From positions 18,292,001 to 18,356,000 of the forward strand of contig NC_087251.1 in the NCBI RefSeq assembly GCF_037042905.1: a stretch of DNA of 64,000 nt, given 5' to 3'. The first letter of the stretch is position 1. Each line of letters starts with the position of its first letter. This document shows, in pieces, positions 23,428 to 38,088 of the stretch. The notes under the pieces were generated by a model, which saw only the letters and a program-made list of their open reading frames with translations, searched no databases and was not told the DNA's origin. The stretch comes from Lytechinus pictus. Lineage: Eukaryota. The translations under genes were made by a program, and so were the position numbers.

Positions 23428-26400
23428 ATGGATTTTGGGAGCAAGTATGTGTTTGTCAAACAACGTGAGGAGGATGAAGAGGAAGAGGTCTTAGATGATG
23501 CTGAAGTATCTACCGGTCTTGATAAGCTCAAAGTTGAGATCAAAACAGACAGTACTAAGACTGGAGAGGTAGGTTTAGCTTAACACAGTTTCATATTTTT
23601 AATGGTTTACCAAAAATATTAAATGCATTTTTGTAACAATATTACTCCTCATTATACATGATATTTTCATCAAATATCTTTAAAGTTTTCACTTGATAAT
23701 CATGATTAGGCTACTCATCTTAATTTCAATCTCGGGATGGGGTAAGGCTACTCAGCATTTCGCTCAATTATTGGTTTATGGATGCTCCACAGAGCTGCGT
23801 AACATGCATTCCATTCTATTGATCGATATCACAATAATTACACTGCCCTGTATGCATGCATCAACTGATATTTCTGGCATGCATTCAAACTACAAATCTG
23901 ATGTGTTAGAATATACATGTAAAGCTGATTAATAGTAACAAGTATGGACCCCCCCCCTCCTTGATGTTTTTTAGCCATAATTACAATTTTTAGCCATTAT
24001 TAGAAATTTGATAATCACTTTCCTTCCGATCACATTTGAAATTTAAAAAAGTTAACACTGCATCCTTGCATGCAGCAACTATCACATTTAACTTTCAATG
24101 CAAGGCAGATCTGAAATTATCAGGCTGTTGTGATTGACTTTCACAGTATATTGTTATGGTATGCAGTGACGTCATATATTTGTATTGTGCTTATTGCATT
24201 GTCATACACGGTGTTGAAGGCCTATTGTTGCTTTTCAAAGAATAAAAATTAATATCAGTAAGGTATGTAAATGAGGTCAAGGATTAATCATAAAACTGAC
24301 TCTACTTCCTCCAAAATTTATAATTGGCCTTTCTGTGCATATATCCATCTATTTGCATATAAGTTATATATGACCGAATTACTGTATTTCAACCTAGTAT
24401 TACATTTTACTGTGCATTAGGGATTACCGGTAGTAAAACTTTGTATCATTTTCTCTAGCCTGCCTTACTTTGCAAATGAAATCATCATCATCTTGATCCT
24501 CATTTTCATCCTACATGTAATCACCCGTATTAAACCATTATCATAACCACCACCATCATCATCATCCGATCTACAAACAACTGTTCGAAGAAATTAGTAT
24601 TGTTATTGTTATTGTTGTTTTGTTTCTGTTATCTTTAGAAATAGTATTAAGTAGCAGTTTTGTTCAATTTAATTTATTCTTCATATAATTTGAATTCGCA
24701 ATTTTGATTCAATTATTCATTTCTCGAAAAAAAAGAAAAAAAATATATTATACACAATCATTATTACATATGATTACATTTGACATTTGATATCTGATAT
24801 GAAACATTCAATATCTAATGTGTTATCAGATATATAAAGCAAGTAAATAATGTATAAACACCACTGTCAAGTGATATTTTAGAAGGTATCAGCACTAAAA
24901 ATATGTGTTTACAAGGGCAAAGTTTGATTAAAACAAACATAAGGGGTGGTTCATGATGGTTGAATTCAAATCCAGAGTGAAATTAAATGTAGGTGGAACT
25001 TCTGTAGTCCCTGAACATCCTTACCCAACATGTATGTAGTAAATCTGTCTAAACAATTTCTTTAAAAAGTCATTACTGGATCCTAGGAACTGCATGATTT
25101 GTAAATCTGTAACCTCTCTAGAATGTCAGTATTTAATCTTATTTAGAATTACACAATTTTTTAAAACAAAATTATTTCATTAATTTCTTTAAAATTAGCT
25201 CTTATTTAATCAAACACATGGCATTTATATTGACTGTTTGTACATGTATGGAAAACTGTTGGCTCTTCCCTCTAAGATTCATAACAAGATATTAAGGATA
25301 CAATGAACACATGTATGCAAAATTTCTATAATATGAGAAATCATAATTCTGTTGTTTATCTTTTCCCCTCCCCTATACAGCCATGTATCATTGACTTATT
25401 GGATACTGCTGGCCAGGAGGAATACTCAGCCATGAGAGATCAGGTAAAAAAAATGTCCTTAAATGTATCTTCTTTTTTTCTTTCTTTGTTGTTGTAGTGA
25501 TTTGTTCCTCCTTTTTCTGAAGTTATGATCTGTCAATTATTTATAATTGAATGGAAGTTCAATGACATTTGCTCTGAATCTTGCACTAACCATTGATTTA
25601 CATTAGACCTTCCAAGTATTATTATTCAAAACCAAATCCAAATTATATCCCAATTCTATCAACTAAATGAAAATAATACAAGCAATCATTGCAGGATTCA
25701 ATATTGTTTTATTTAAGGTTAATAATTGAAGGATATGTGACATCGATATCAATTACAATCAATATATTCAATTTGTTCACTGAATTTGATATTAAAACTC
25801 ACATCCTCATTGATATGTTAATGAGTCACTTCAAGAGATACAAACTTAGCTTATCACAGAGATTACATGTTTGCACATATCTTCTTTAGTGATGTAATCT
25901 TCATTTACAAACAAACACATCCTCTCCAGATTATAAAATTTAGTGTCCGATTTTCATTGAAGTCTGATGTAAGGAGGATTTTGGTCTGTAATGAGTAATA
26001 ATAAATGATTGTAATCATTAAATCTTACCAGAGAGGATGTGATATGGAATCTAGAGTACAAGGATGTCCAAGTTGTTTTTAAAACCTTTTGATGAGGTAA
26101 TGTCACACAGGGAATGTAATTTTGTATTGTTGTCATGTAAACAAAAAATATGGGAGTTTATATGGAATTGAATTGCTTTAAGACAAAACTGAGGAAAAAA
26201 AATTACATCCGGTTCTTAAATTGAGAGATTTGTTCAGGGGCCGTGAAATGGTTTTCAAAGTGGGGGGGGGGGCTGACCATGCAAAAAATCACAATCATAT
26301 GGTCATTTTTACGTTTTTGTACATGGTTTTTGAAAAAAGTGGGGGGGGGCTGAAGCCCCCCCAGCCCCCCCCCCCCCCACTTCCGCAGCCCCTGTTGTTT

Positions 26401-29400
26401 AGTTACAGTTGTGGGGTGTTTGGTTTGACGATTTATTCACAGTTTCATTTGATTTAATGTATATAGAGTTAACCTAGCTGATTTGTTTTCTCTTTTTTCC
26501 CCCTTGTTATGTAATGTACTTTGTATGGATAAGTTTGTTCTTATGTATTATGTGTTTATTGTCTATATGGTGCACTCATCACAAGCACTGCTTACAGCAT
26601 TGCTACAGTCTGCATTGTGTTGTTAAATCTTTGAAATTGTGTTAATGCTTAGAACTATCTTTGGAAATAAATGTTGACTTGAATTGAATTGAATTGAAAA
26701 CTTGTTCAGCATAGACGAATGAAAAATATGACTTACTCTTCTAGTGTATATAAACCCCAACAATACAAAATCGATTAACTTTTCTTTGTTTTGGTCTAAC
26801 TCCAAATTAGTGTGCTTATGCTGTCATTGTAGGATTGCATATGTGAGACATAAGATATCCCATAATCGCATTAATATTTTTAAGCAATTGCTTTCACGGA
26901 AGTACCTATCTACTATATTTCCTGTCTATTAAGATAATGTTTATATTGATTGACAGATTATTTTACATATTTGTTCATTTGTTTGTTTTATGTCTTCAAC
27001 ATCAAAATGCTAAGAAAAATGTATGTATAGATGTTATGAATAGTGCATTTTGTAACATCTAATGTGGATTTTTTCTGCTGTTTTCTATTTTGTTTTTAAG
27101 TACATGAGAACATGCGAGGGGTTAGCTATTGTGTATTCCATCACTGACTTGGTGTCGTTTGAGGAAGCCATCAAGATTTACCAGTTTGGACTCAGGATAA
27201 AAGGAGACGATCATATCCCAGCAGTAAGGAATTACTTGAATTATGATTGTGATTTTAAAAGTATTTAGAAAATTAGAAATGACATCAATCAAATGAGAAA
27301 AAACAATTGTTTTTTTAACAATCCTGAAATTTATACCTATTTAGGAAGCTGTCAAGACTGCAAGCTTCATAAGCTTTGTCGTAGATGACAAAGCTGCTTA
27401 TGCAGCATGGCAAGACATCGTAAAAATTCCAAGTACAACTCTTGCCCAAAGATGATTCCAATCCATATCTACCTTTATAATCATATTACCCAAAACTAAT
27501 AACAAGTATTTAATGCCGTAATGACATAATATATTAATGTCATGTAATGATGTGATGTTTCATTTTAGTATTTAAGGTAAATATGTTTCATTTTATTATT
27601 TGATTTTGAGGTATAACTATATATACGTGTATATGTTTTTTTTTCAGGTACTGATTGGGAATAAGAATGATCTTGAGAGTGAAAGAAAAGTGAGTACTGA
27701 GAAGGGAAAGGAAATGGCAAGAAAGCATAACATGGTATTCTTTGAGACATCAGCTAAGACTGGAGACAATGTCCAGGAATGCTTCAAGGCCCTTGTCAGA
27801 GAGACACCCCGATATAGCAACAGATACAAGGTAAATCTAGACAACTATGTTTGTATCATCTCTAAATGGAAACCTGTGTATGAAAGATGAAAACAATATC
27901 TGAGATTAAGTTCTTTCCACATGATTTATTTAGGACTATTATACATGTTCACTGCCAAGGATTATTCTGATATGCTATCACTATTCGAGCTATGATACAA
28001 AATGGTTGAGATGTTTTGGTAATCATGTGGATGCAGTCCCAGTCATGTATTGCTATGTGCATATGGCTTTCAGCAGATTTGAGTCAAATTCTTTTTTGGT
28101 GGTTCTCAAATGGCACAGCATACTCTTAATATAGTAAGGTGCATAATAACCAACATTTTAAAACAATTTGAGGCAGCTTTTTCCATAATTCAATCTAGTA
28201 TCAAACCAAGAACTACTGAAGGGTATATCTTTAGTTGATAATATGTTGACTCCTGAATCTACAAAATAGTAGAGGAGGCCTCTAGAATTATCCATATATG
28301 AAAGTTATATGTCGATAAAAGTTGTCCATTCAAAGTTTCTATGAATGAAACAGCTGGAGACGAAATGATCTGCTGCAAACTACTAGTAGTCAGCAGATGT
28401 ACCATAATGAATGTTTCTTAATTCTGTGACAACATATTTTTTTCTTTCATAACTTGTTTTGATTTTTCTTTTTATGAATATAGGATGAAAAATATTGTCA
28501 GCTCTTTGTCCAATACTCTGCAATTATAATAAAATGTCATTAACTTTATAAATATCATTTTGCCTTGTAGTTTGTTGTTGTTGGAGGAGGTGGGGTCGGA
28601 AAGTCGTCCATCACTGTCCGTTTTGTTCAAGACGTCTTTGTGGACACTTATGATCCTACCATTGAAGATTCCTACGTGAAGCAGATTGTTGTCAGTGACA
28701 TTCCAGCAGATAAGCTCAACCCTCCTCCCAAACCAGCTCCCATGGTGCCTCCTCCTCCTCCCCAATCTGTTGGGTCACGTAAGTACTATCACAAGTTATA
28801 TTTACCTGGAAATCAAGCACATCAAGTTGTGCGCAGCATGTCTAACTTCAAACGCAAGCCAGACTTGAGCAAAGTACTTAGCCAAAAAGTAAAATTGAAT
28901 ACCAAAGATGGTTAGGCATTTACTGAAGCAGAATACTGATTAAAATTCTTAAATTCTGGCTTAAGTATGATCCCAAATTAACTCATGGATGATTTACTAA
29001 AGACATAACAAAAATTCTGATTTTTTTTTTTAAAGATGCATTCCATCTAGAAAAAAATGAGCACTTTCTTGGATTCATTTAATGAATTTGGGCATATTCA
29101 TGCTATCATTTTTCAAAACAAACTATAAGAATAATTCATAATGGATTATGAATGATTTTTTTTATTTGATTGACCTTAATATTTTGTAGATTCAGTAATA
29201 GCTGATAATGTGTGCTGATTTTAATTGAGAATGCACAGTTGATGCCCAAGATGTCAGGAGGGAGTAATCCTCCCCTGGTAATTTTCCTATAAGTGAGGTG
29301 TTAAAATGAAGAATAAAAAAAGAACTTAAAAAGTTTTTTTTCATTTTGTGCCAAATAAATGGTGATATTCTTTATCAAATTCTGTTTTGCCCCACTCATG

Positions 29401-32400
29401 TTATAAGAATATGAATTGTGTGCACTGAATGAGAAGGATGTGAGCTTTAAAGGTACATGAAACAATGAAACTATAAAAGTGGTACAATCTATAAAATTCC
29501 TTGGTGTTTTTATTGATTCCAAATTAATTTAGCATGAACTTTGGAATGCTCCGTCAGAAGAAATGAAATCAAGTCCTTTATTAAATGTTATTAAAAATAT
29601 CAGCCTCATTTCTATGTTTGTTATGTTATGTCTGTTTAGGGTTTGCCATTTATTATTTATGATTGTCATTAAGTTACGACAAAATGTTAATTTTAGTTGT
29701 TGTTTTTTTTCAGTCATGCTCTGTATACTTCCTGTGCAGTTACCGTATTTGCATGTATATCTATTTTGTTTGATTTTCTGTAGGGCCAAAGTCAGGTGCT
29801 TTTGGTGGACTTTTTAAAAAATCTAAAAAACAAAAAAAGCCAGGTGTGAAAAGTGAGTATCCATACTCATAAGATAAGATCAGATTTTATTAAACTCTAT
29901 CAACCCCATTATATTTAAGGCAAGAAATATAACGTTCTTTTCTAAGTAATAATAATAATAGGCATCTATATAGCGCCATCTATCTAGAAATGATCTATTC
30001 CGAGGCGCATTGTTTATTATTATTATTACCCCGCTCTTGCTCAAGCTACCTTTCAGCGCTCAGTGCATTCAAGTATGTTATCTGTGTAAAAGAAATGTTT
30101 GTGCATCACAATTAACCATAATACTGCCGGGTCATTCAGAGGGGGGGGGGGCGATTCCATCCCCCTCCCCCATGATGTCAGCACACAAATAACTTTCAAT
30201 GGCCTAATCTAGAAAACTGTACAGTCCATTCTTTTTTCAGAATATTTTTTAAACTAATCCTCTATGTTAATTTATGCATAAATCAAAGATATGCTCTAAA
30301 GAAGAAATAATAGCCCCAAATTGGCTCATTTTGTGTAAAGAAACTCTTTATGAGATTCTGATTAAATTTTTCAAAAAATTCAGTGCATCACAATTTTTTT
30401 TTAAATGTTTCCAAGATTTCTTATGTGGTTGATTATTTTGGACCTTGTGTTTTTTCATCGTTATTTTTGTATAGAAATCTTCAGACTTAAATGTGATTTT
30501 AGTCTAAACTTTTATGGAATGCTAGAGTTAATATTCCTTATTCAGGATATATGAAAAGATATACTGATATTATCCTATTCTCTTATTTCATAGCAAAACT
30601 AATAATTGCATACCTTTTCGTGGCAGGATGTAACATATTTGTACACAGTGAATGAAGTGGCAATTGGCACTCAATATTAAAGTGTGGTTTATCTCTTTCT
30701 CCTCTCCCTCTCTTTCTCTCCATGTCTCTCTTTCCCTCTCCTCCCATGGTTACAAATATCACCTACAGCTATGATGCAGCAGATGCCGCAGATGGTGTCG
30801 CAGAATTGTCTGGGTGGACCTCCACCTCCTCAACTGAGACAGCTATTGAAGGGAGGAGCATCAAAGGTAGCCGCACCCAAATCTTATCGCCGAGCTGATG
30901 CCAACGTCATCTTGCTATCTCTGGGATCCCTGGAGAATGACCCAGTCATCATGACAGGTGACCCGGTACGCTGCTCCAACTCCAAGTGCAACATTCTGTT
31001 GTCCCATGTCTCCAGGCTAGAGCCTGTGGAGAATGAGGAGCAGCGAAATTGGGCCTGGTGAGTTTGAGCCACTCTTGCTTATCTTGTGAAATATGACCTT
31101 TCCTAATTACCTTTCAAATCCAAACTGAATAACTTCTGACGACATCAGATATTTATGACTTGATTTTGTTTTCCCTGTTTTCAGTGAGTTTTGTGGCCAG
31201 CAGAATGGAGGACTGGACATTGTAGATGAGGAGGTAAGGAGAAAAAGTCTTGTTTCTTCAAGATTATAGTGACTATGAAATTATAATTCTAACAAACCCT
31301 CTGGTATCAATGGGTTTTAGGAAGTGAATGCATTACTCTATATGCATTACCTTGAAATGCCACCGCGCTGTAAAAGGCTGCAGGGCTAAAGCCAGGGTAA
31401 TAATATCCAAGTCCTTTAGAAGCGCATAGGGACATTATGACATTATGTGATATGAGCTATACAAGAACTGCATTATTATTATTATTTATTTATTATTATT
31501 GTTATTATTTATTATTATTATTAGTATAATTATTTTTAAAGTTATAGAATGATGTTACACTTATGGCATGTCATGAACTCTTTAGCCCTAAAATAGGAAG
31601 TCACAAAATTCACCTGCCTGAATGATATTTGGTAGATTATTCTCTAAAGGGAACACATAAAGCTCAAATTACATCCGCTCATCTTGTCTGTTGTATTTTT
31701 TTTGCAAGACTCATTTAAAGGTCACATCCATCTTTTGAATTCTCTTTGTGTGTGCGTTTGTTTGTTTTTTCTTAGCAAAAGTCTTATATGCCTTTAAAAA
31801 AATTGATGTAGTAACTTTAGTTGACCCTTAAATTTTTGAGCATGCACAATGCTCTTTCCATCGCATGTTCCATATTTTAATTCTTGATGTAGCGTTAAAA
31901 CTGAGAACCAAAAATTTAACAACCTGATCGGCCTGATTGATATTAAAAGGTACCAAAAGAGAGCAGTGTTGATTACCTGTTGGCAGCTGCACCAGAGAAA
32001 GTAGCAGAAGGAGAAGAGAAGGACAAGGATGGCAAACCCTCATCCCATCCTGGTCTAGTTCTTTACTGCGTTGACATGAGTGGTTCTATGGCTGAGAGAA
32101 CACAACTCCCTGAGCTTCAAGGTAATTTAAACAAGTATTCTAATTCTTTTTTACATGTTTTTTAATAGTTCTCCAGGCTCATTATAAACTGTCTAGAATT
32201 TATAAGGAAAATTAGCAGAAATGTAGGACCAACAGAATTATTAGCGAATGGCTGAAAATTGACTGAATATAACACAATGGTGACCTGAATTAGAGATACA
32301 TGAAGAGGCTTTTGGAATGATATCCTCAGTGGACCAAACTTTCAGTGTTTTGTTGTTTGGTGTTTGGTATTCAGTGTTTAAATCACGGAGCAGGCTCCTT

Positions 32401-35400
32401 AAATGAGCTCCAACACCATTTCTGAGTTAAAACTGAAAACACCAATCCCATTTTGATAGCTCAAAACTTGATCAATATCAACGCCAGCCCGATTTCAAGT
32501 ATGGTGTTGTGGCTTTTGGTTTATTTGCCCAATGTTTTATTTGCCCTTAACACCTATGCCAGCTGCAAGCACCAAACTTTCGATAACGCAATGTGAAATA
32601 GGGATAGGTAAGGTCAACTTTGATGATTGGTTCTATTTATATGATTTCTTTTTATCTTGTAGCTGCTTGGATGGCGCAGCGTGGTCAAACAAATTCTAGT
32701 GTTACCCGTTTGGAGTGTATGAAGCAGGCTATTACCAGGTAAGGTATTCATTGCTGGTAACGTATACCAACATAATAGGAAAACCGATAAAACAGGAGAT
32801 TTGTGAGAATTTTAAATAATTTATACAGCTTTTCCATCTACTTTGTGTAGATCGATTGGGAGTGCTTTTCATCAACATTAGTCATCTGACAAGCTGTCAG
32901 ATCCGACAAGTTTATTTGAGTTTGATTGGCTGAGAAGCACTGTCACTATGGTTACTCTCAGATAAGATATACAAGTCCTGTCATGAAACGCTTGGCAGGG
33001 GGTGACAATGTTTGCAGTACTTTTGTCTCAAAATAAATGAAAATAATTGAAATGAAAAGAACAACAGACATATCCCATCCAGAAATAATGAGTTTGAGGC
33101 TCCGTATTTCTTGACAGTTTGCACCTGCAGTTTGGTAGCTCTGTATTTATCAGGGTTTTTTTTATCTGTTTGTGTTTGATATTTTAGTTTGTGTTTTGTT
33201 TACACAATGTTTTTTTTCTTCATTACTTGAATTTGATTGTCTTTCCACTCAGACAACTAGATTTCTTTGAGCTGGATGAAGAGAGTGAAAAGAGGGTTGG
33301 ACTGGTAACCTTTGAGAGTCAAGTGTTAGTTAGAGGAGATGGTAGTCAGACCCAAAGGAGTGTCTCTGACCCCATGACTAATATGCAAGGTCTCATCAAG
33401 AAAGGAAAAGACATGGCATCCCAGTTTAACATCCGCCCTGTCAGCTCTGCAGTTGGGTAAGTGCCTAGCTCTCCCTAGAACAATTAGTTAATTCTGACTA
33501 AACGTCATGCTTGAATACTTGTAAAGTAATGATATTTTTTTATTCTTGGCCCTATTTTACAAAGAGATGTGATAGTTGCAATCAATCTCAATAATGGAAA
33601 GCCATCATTATCATAAATGATGGCATGCTTTTCATAGATTTTTATTTTATTGATCAATCACAAGACAGGACCTGTCACATCTCCCCAACCAATATTCCTA
33701 CTCTCAATGCAACCAACCCTGCCTGGTTTTCTTCATACAGAGACCTCAGGTCCCAGGTATCTAATCTTAAGACTGCCGGTTCCACTGCCCTTGGTCCAGC
33801 TCTGTGTGTCTGTGTAGGTTTACTTGCCAAAGAACCTGGTTCTGAGATTGTCCTGTGCACAGATGGTCAGCCTAACGTTGGGGTAGGATCCTTTGGATTT
33901 GGGCACCACAGAGGAGACAGTTCAGAAGCCATATCTTTCTACAGACAGGTAAGACATACATGTATATCTTAGATTTGTAAAGTCATCAATCTGTGTACGT
34001 TGTATCTACATTTTTACTTTTGATTTATTTACATGATTTAAAAAAGCATTTTATTTATAGAGCTTTGCTTGAGTGATTGCTGTTTAATTTAAATGAGAAA
34101 GAACTTGCATGTATATAGATTGATAAAAAAATATACTCAGTGTGACATTGAATATGCAATATCTTGTCAATATTACAAACCATGTGGCTTAAATATTAAA
34201 ATGCCACCATGCATGTAATATGTAAAGGAAATAAATTATTTATAGTATAGACCTGTAAGTTCCTTTATTTAGTCACCATATTTATTGCAATTACATGAAT
34301 TGTAGATTATGTCACCAAATGATATATATCAGACATTTTTAATGCATCTTCATGCTTCTTACATTGATCATGAAAGTTATGAAAATGACTACACTTTACG
34401 TGCACAAATTCTGTGTGCAAATTCAATAACTCAAATCTAAAATGTGTAGATTTTTATATCTATGAATTTTAATAGTGATATGAATTTCTAATATTTTGAC
34501 ATTTCAAATTGATATGATTTATTGATATTTCATTCTTTAGATTGGCAACATCGCTAAAGAGCAGCAGACAACCATCTCAATCATTGGGATCCAGACGAAC
34601 CAGTCTCTACAGATGGAACACATTAGCAATACTGTCTCCATCACCGGGGGCAATCTCAACCTCCTAGACCCCCATGAACTCACCAGACAGATTCGTCAGC
34701 TGGGTCAGGATCCTGTAGTCGCCAACGACGTTGAGCTCACCCTCGTCCTCCATCCCATTCTCCAGTTTGATGAGACGATGACTGAAGGGGTAAGTCTAGA
34801 TGATACTGGATTTTAAAGGGGCGGGGGCTTAAGTTTGGTGCAGATAACAAAGTGTCATTGTGGTCAGTGAAATCTAAAATCATCAATGCTCCTTGTACTG
34901 CCCTATAATAGACAGTTTTAGATTGGTAGGACAATTAACCCGATGGCATGCTATATGACTGCCGTTGTCCCCATAGTTCATGCCTTGTTGCAAGTTTTGA
35001 TAGCGTCCCCCTATACACTAAGGCACACAGAAAGTAACCAGTACATTCCAATTATAAATGAAAGACACATTTGGTTCTTTTCCAAGTAATGTCCATATTG
35101 TCACTTGCCACCATAGAACTACATTAAGATTTTCTTTTTTTTATAGATCTACATCTTCATTTGTTATATTTTGTTTGTTTTAATATCAGGTGATCCAAGA
35201 TGGAAACCGTTTGACAATTAACATGGGTAATGTCCATCGGTCTACAGACCTGACTTTTCGCTTCAAACTCAAACCAGGACAGAGTGAGGCACAGCAGAGT
35301 ACGCTTCCTTTCCAGGTACGTATCCTCAGGATTTTCTAGTAACCCCCCTCTCAAATTTGTTTTACCAGGTGCAACTATAACCCTGCTCTTTGAGTTTTAT

Positions 35401-38050
35401 TCTAAATTAGTTTTCATGTTAGATTTGCATGATATCAAATCATTTACCAGTCATAATGCTTCATAGGTATTTTCCTTCTGTCTTGCTTTCATTCAGCATT
35501 ACATTTTGTCTTCTTTCGGTAGGTTGAAATCCGTTACACTAAGACCGACGGACGACGTTTCCTAAGGACCATTACCCATGAGCGTAGCACTACATCTGAT
35601 CGATCAACTATGGAAACGGTGAGAATAAACTCTCTTTCTCTCTCTCTCTTTCCTCCTGTCTTATCCTTCTCGCTCTCTCCTCTCTATCTTTTCTCTCTCT
35701 GCCTTTCTTTCTCTCTCTCTGCCTCTCTTCCTCTCTCTATCTCTCTCTGCCTTGCTCCCCATTTTCTCTTTCTAATTTCATTTAATTGTTTTGACCCATG
35801 GTTCACACAAATGACTTTGATGATTCCAAAAGACTGGAACATGTTCTTAGGTGCTAAATCAGTCACACAGTGATACACCGTTAAGAATAAGAACACATTA
35901 ACAGTCAAATGTAAAGCTTTTAACTTACAAATAGCCTCCTGGGTTTGTTCTATTAAAAGTTAGTGCCTCTTAGTTAAAACAAAACTAGATGGCCAGTACA
36001 TAAAACCAATGAAATGGCATGAATGCTTGCCTTTAAGCATGTCTAGTCTCTAAAGGTTTCATCATGTCGTGCCATCTGAAGAGTAATCATCACAATTTTC
36101 TAACCACGAGTTATCGTATCATAAACAGGAGATGAACCCAACTGTAACTGGTCTGGCTACTGTACAAGAAGCAGCAAAGATGGGAGAGAAGGGAGACAGA
36201 TCAAAGGCTAGGGGTCACATGTAAGTATTCCTAGGATTTCTTATTTCTTACCTCTTTTTTTTGTTCAGATATGTATGCATCACATTATTAAGGCCGAAGT
36301 GATGTATTCAGGACATTTGGTGGAAAATGGTGTTCAAACCTGAATGCATCATCAGAGGAAACAAAAGCTAATTTCCTGAAGCATGATTTACAGGAAAGAA
36401 GAGAACTAGCTATAAATGAAACAAAACTGTTATTTGATGTAGTTACAGAATTATGTCATTATATGGTGTGTTTTGTGAATAATTATTTAATAGTAGTTTT
36501 CAAAGTCAGCACCTGCTGCTATATTGAATTCTCGCTACCCCAAATAGGAACAAATATCTCATAATGCGCGAGACGAGATAATTTTCACTCCGTCGGGTCG
36601 TCATCACCACTTCCGGTTCAGAGTCATGCTCGCGCGAGGTTCGCGATACGGAGTTCTCCACTACGCTGAAATCGATGCCAATCAGCGTAATATGTACAGA
36701 TTATAATACTTTTTATCTAATTTGGTCAGTTTTGATTCCATTTGAATTATAAATATAAAAAAAATATATATTTTACGTGAAAATAATTTTTATTCATGTT
36801 TTTATTTGGTTATAAAAAAGTAAACAAAAATTTAAATATCTTAAAATTTTGCATTTAGCGACCGGCCTGACATTACGATCGTATTCCACTAGACGCTAAA
36901 TATATACAGCATTCATTCCGTTCAATTTTTCGTCGACCACAAAATGGATAAAAAATCAGTTTCGGAACTTAAAAAAATCTTAACTGACAGAGGAATACCG
37001 TGCAATGGAAAGCCTCGGGCAGAATTAATGACTTTAGCAGAAAAGGCCGTTAAACTGTATCGTGAAAGAGAGGGTTGTGATCACGAACTTTCCGAGCGAA
37101 AGCGACGTTGTGTTGTTGTGCATGATGGCACTGTTGATCTGAATGGCAAAACAGTGCATTGGACTTCCGAACAGGAAGTTGTAATACCGAAAAGCTATCC
37201 CATAATGCAATGCGCGTTACAGGGATTTTCCCGGATCTCGGCGAAATCGCTATTTGGGGTAGCGAGAATTGCGTAATGTAGGCGAGACTGCCAGAGGCGC
37301 TCCACTTGTTATGAATATTCAATAATATATGCTCTTAACACAATAGTAATTTTCAGGTGTAAAGACTTCCTTAAGGAAGCTGATCACCAATGGCAGTGTT
37401 TGAATCTCTTATTGTTCAATGCAAATTTCTTAATAGATGGTCCATGGCAAAGATGATGCAACGATCCAATGCATCATACGGTAGTGGAGATGTTCTACAG
37501 CAGCAGGCCCAAGCAGAATCTACCATCCAATTTCTAAACCAAGCTGCAGAACTTGATATGGCTTATGGGTATGAAGATGATGTAAGTATTGTCTTGACAA
37601 ACTGGGATCCTCTCTTCTTTTTATGCCTCCAACCAACTGTCAGGAATTATTTTTTATTTGTAATTGTTTGGAAATCGGGTGAATTTAATAGCACTTAGGC
37701 TGTTTTTCTTTCATTTTATTGCTGACATCTATTTTTTATATTTTTACCTCACTGGTTGCTGGAGGCATTATGTTTTGAGTTGTCTGTGTGTATTTTCCTC
37801 CATCCCATCAAATCAACTTCATGGTCCAAGTATATGCATATGGGAGTGACAAAGATTTAATTTGATTATTGAGGTAAAAGGTCACAGAAGTCATATACCC
37901 CAAAATATATTGTTCTTGCAATAACTAGATAATTGTTTAGGGGTTCATATTCTAACATGGTTTTTGTTTGCATATAGAAGTGACAATGGTCTAATTACAT
38001 TTTGGATTCATTAGGTCAAAGGGCACACTGGTCATTGTATACTGTACCTG

Positions 38051-38088
<38 letters not shown>

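Noticed and set aside
25381..28778. Two tandem partial canonical Ras genes or a misassembled Ras
   Set aside because: The exon phases join in one frame through a short linker, I found no G1 exon upstream or G3 exon downstream, there is no CAAX, and the layout matches cpRAS-VWA proteins.
29239..29277. Candidate micro-exon in cpRAS intron 5
   Set aside because: In the required phase it contains a TAA stop.
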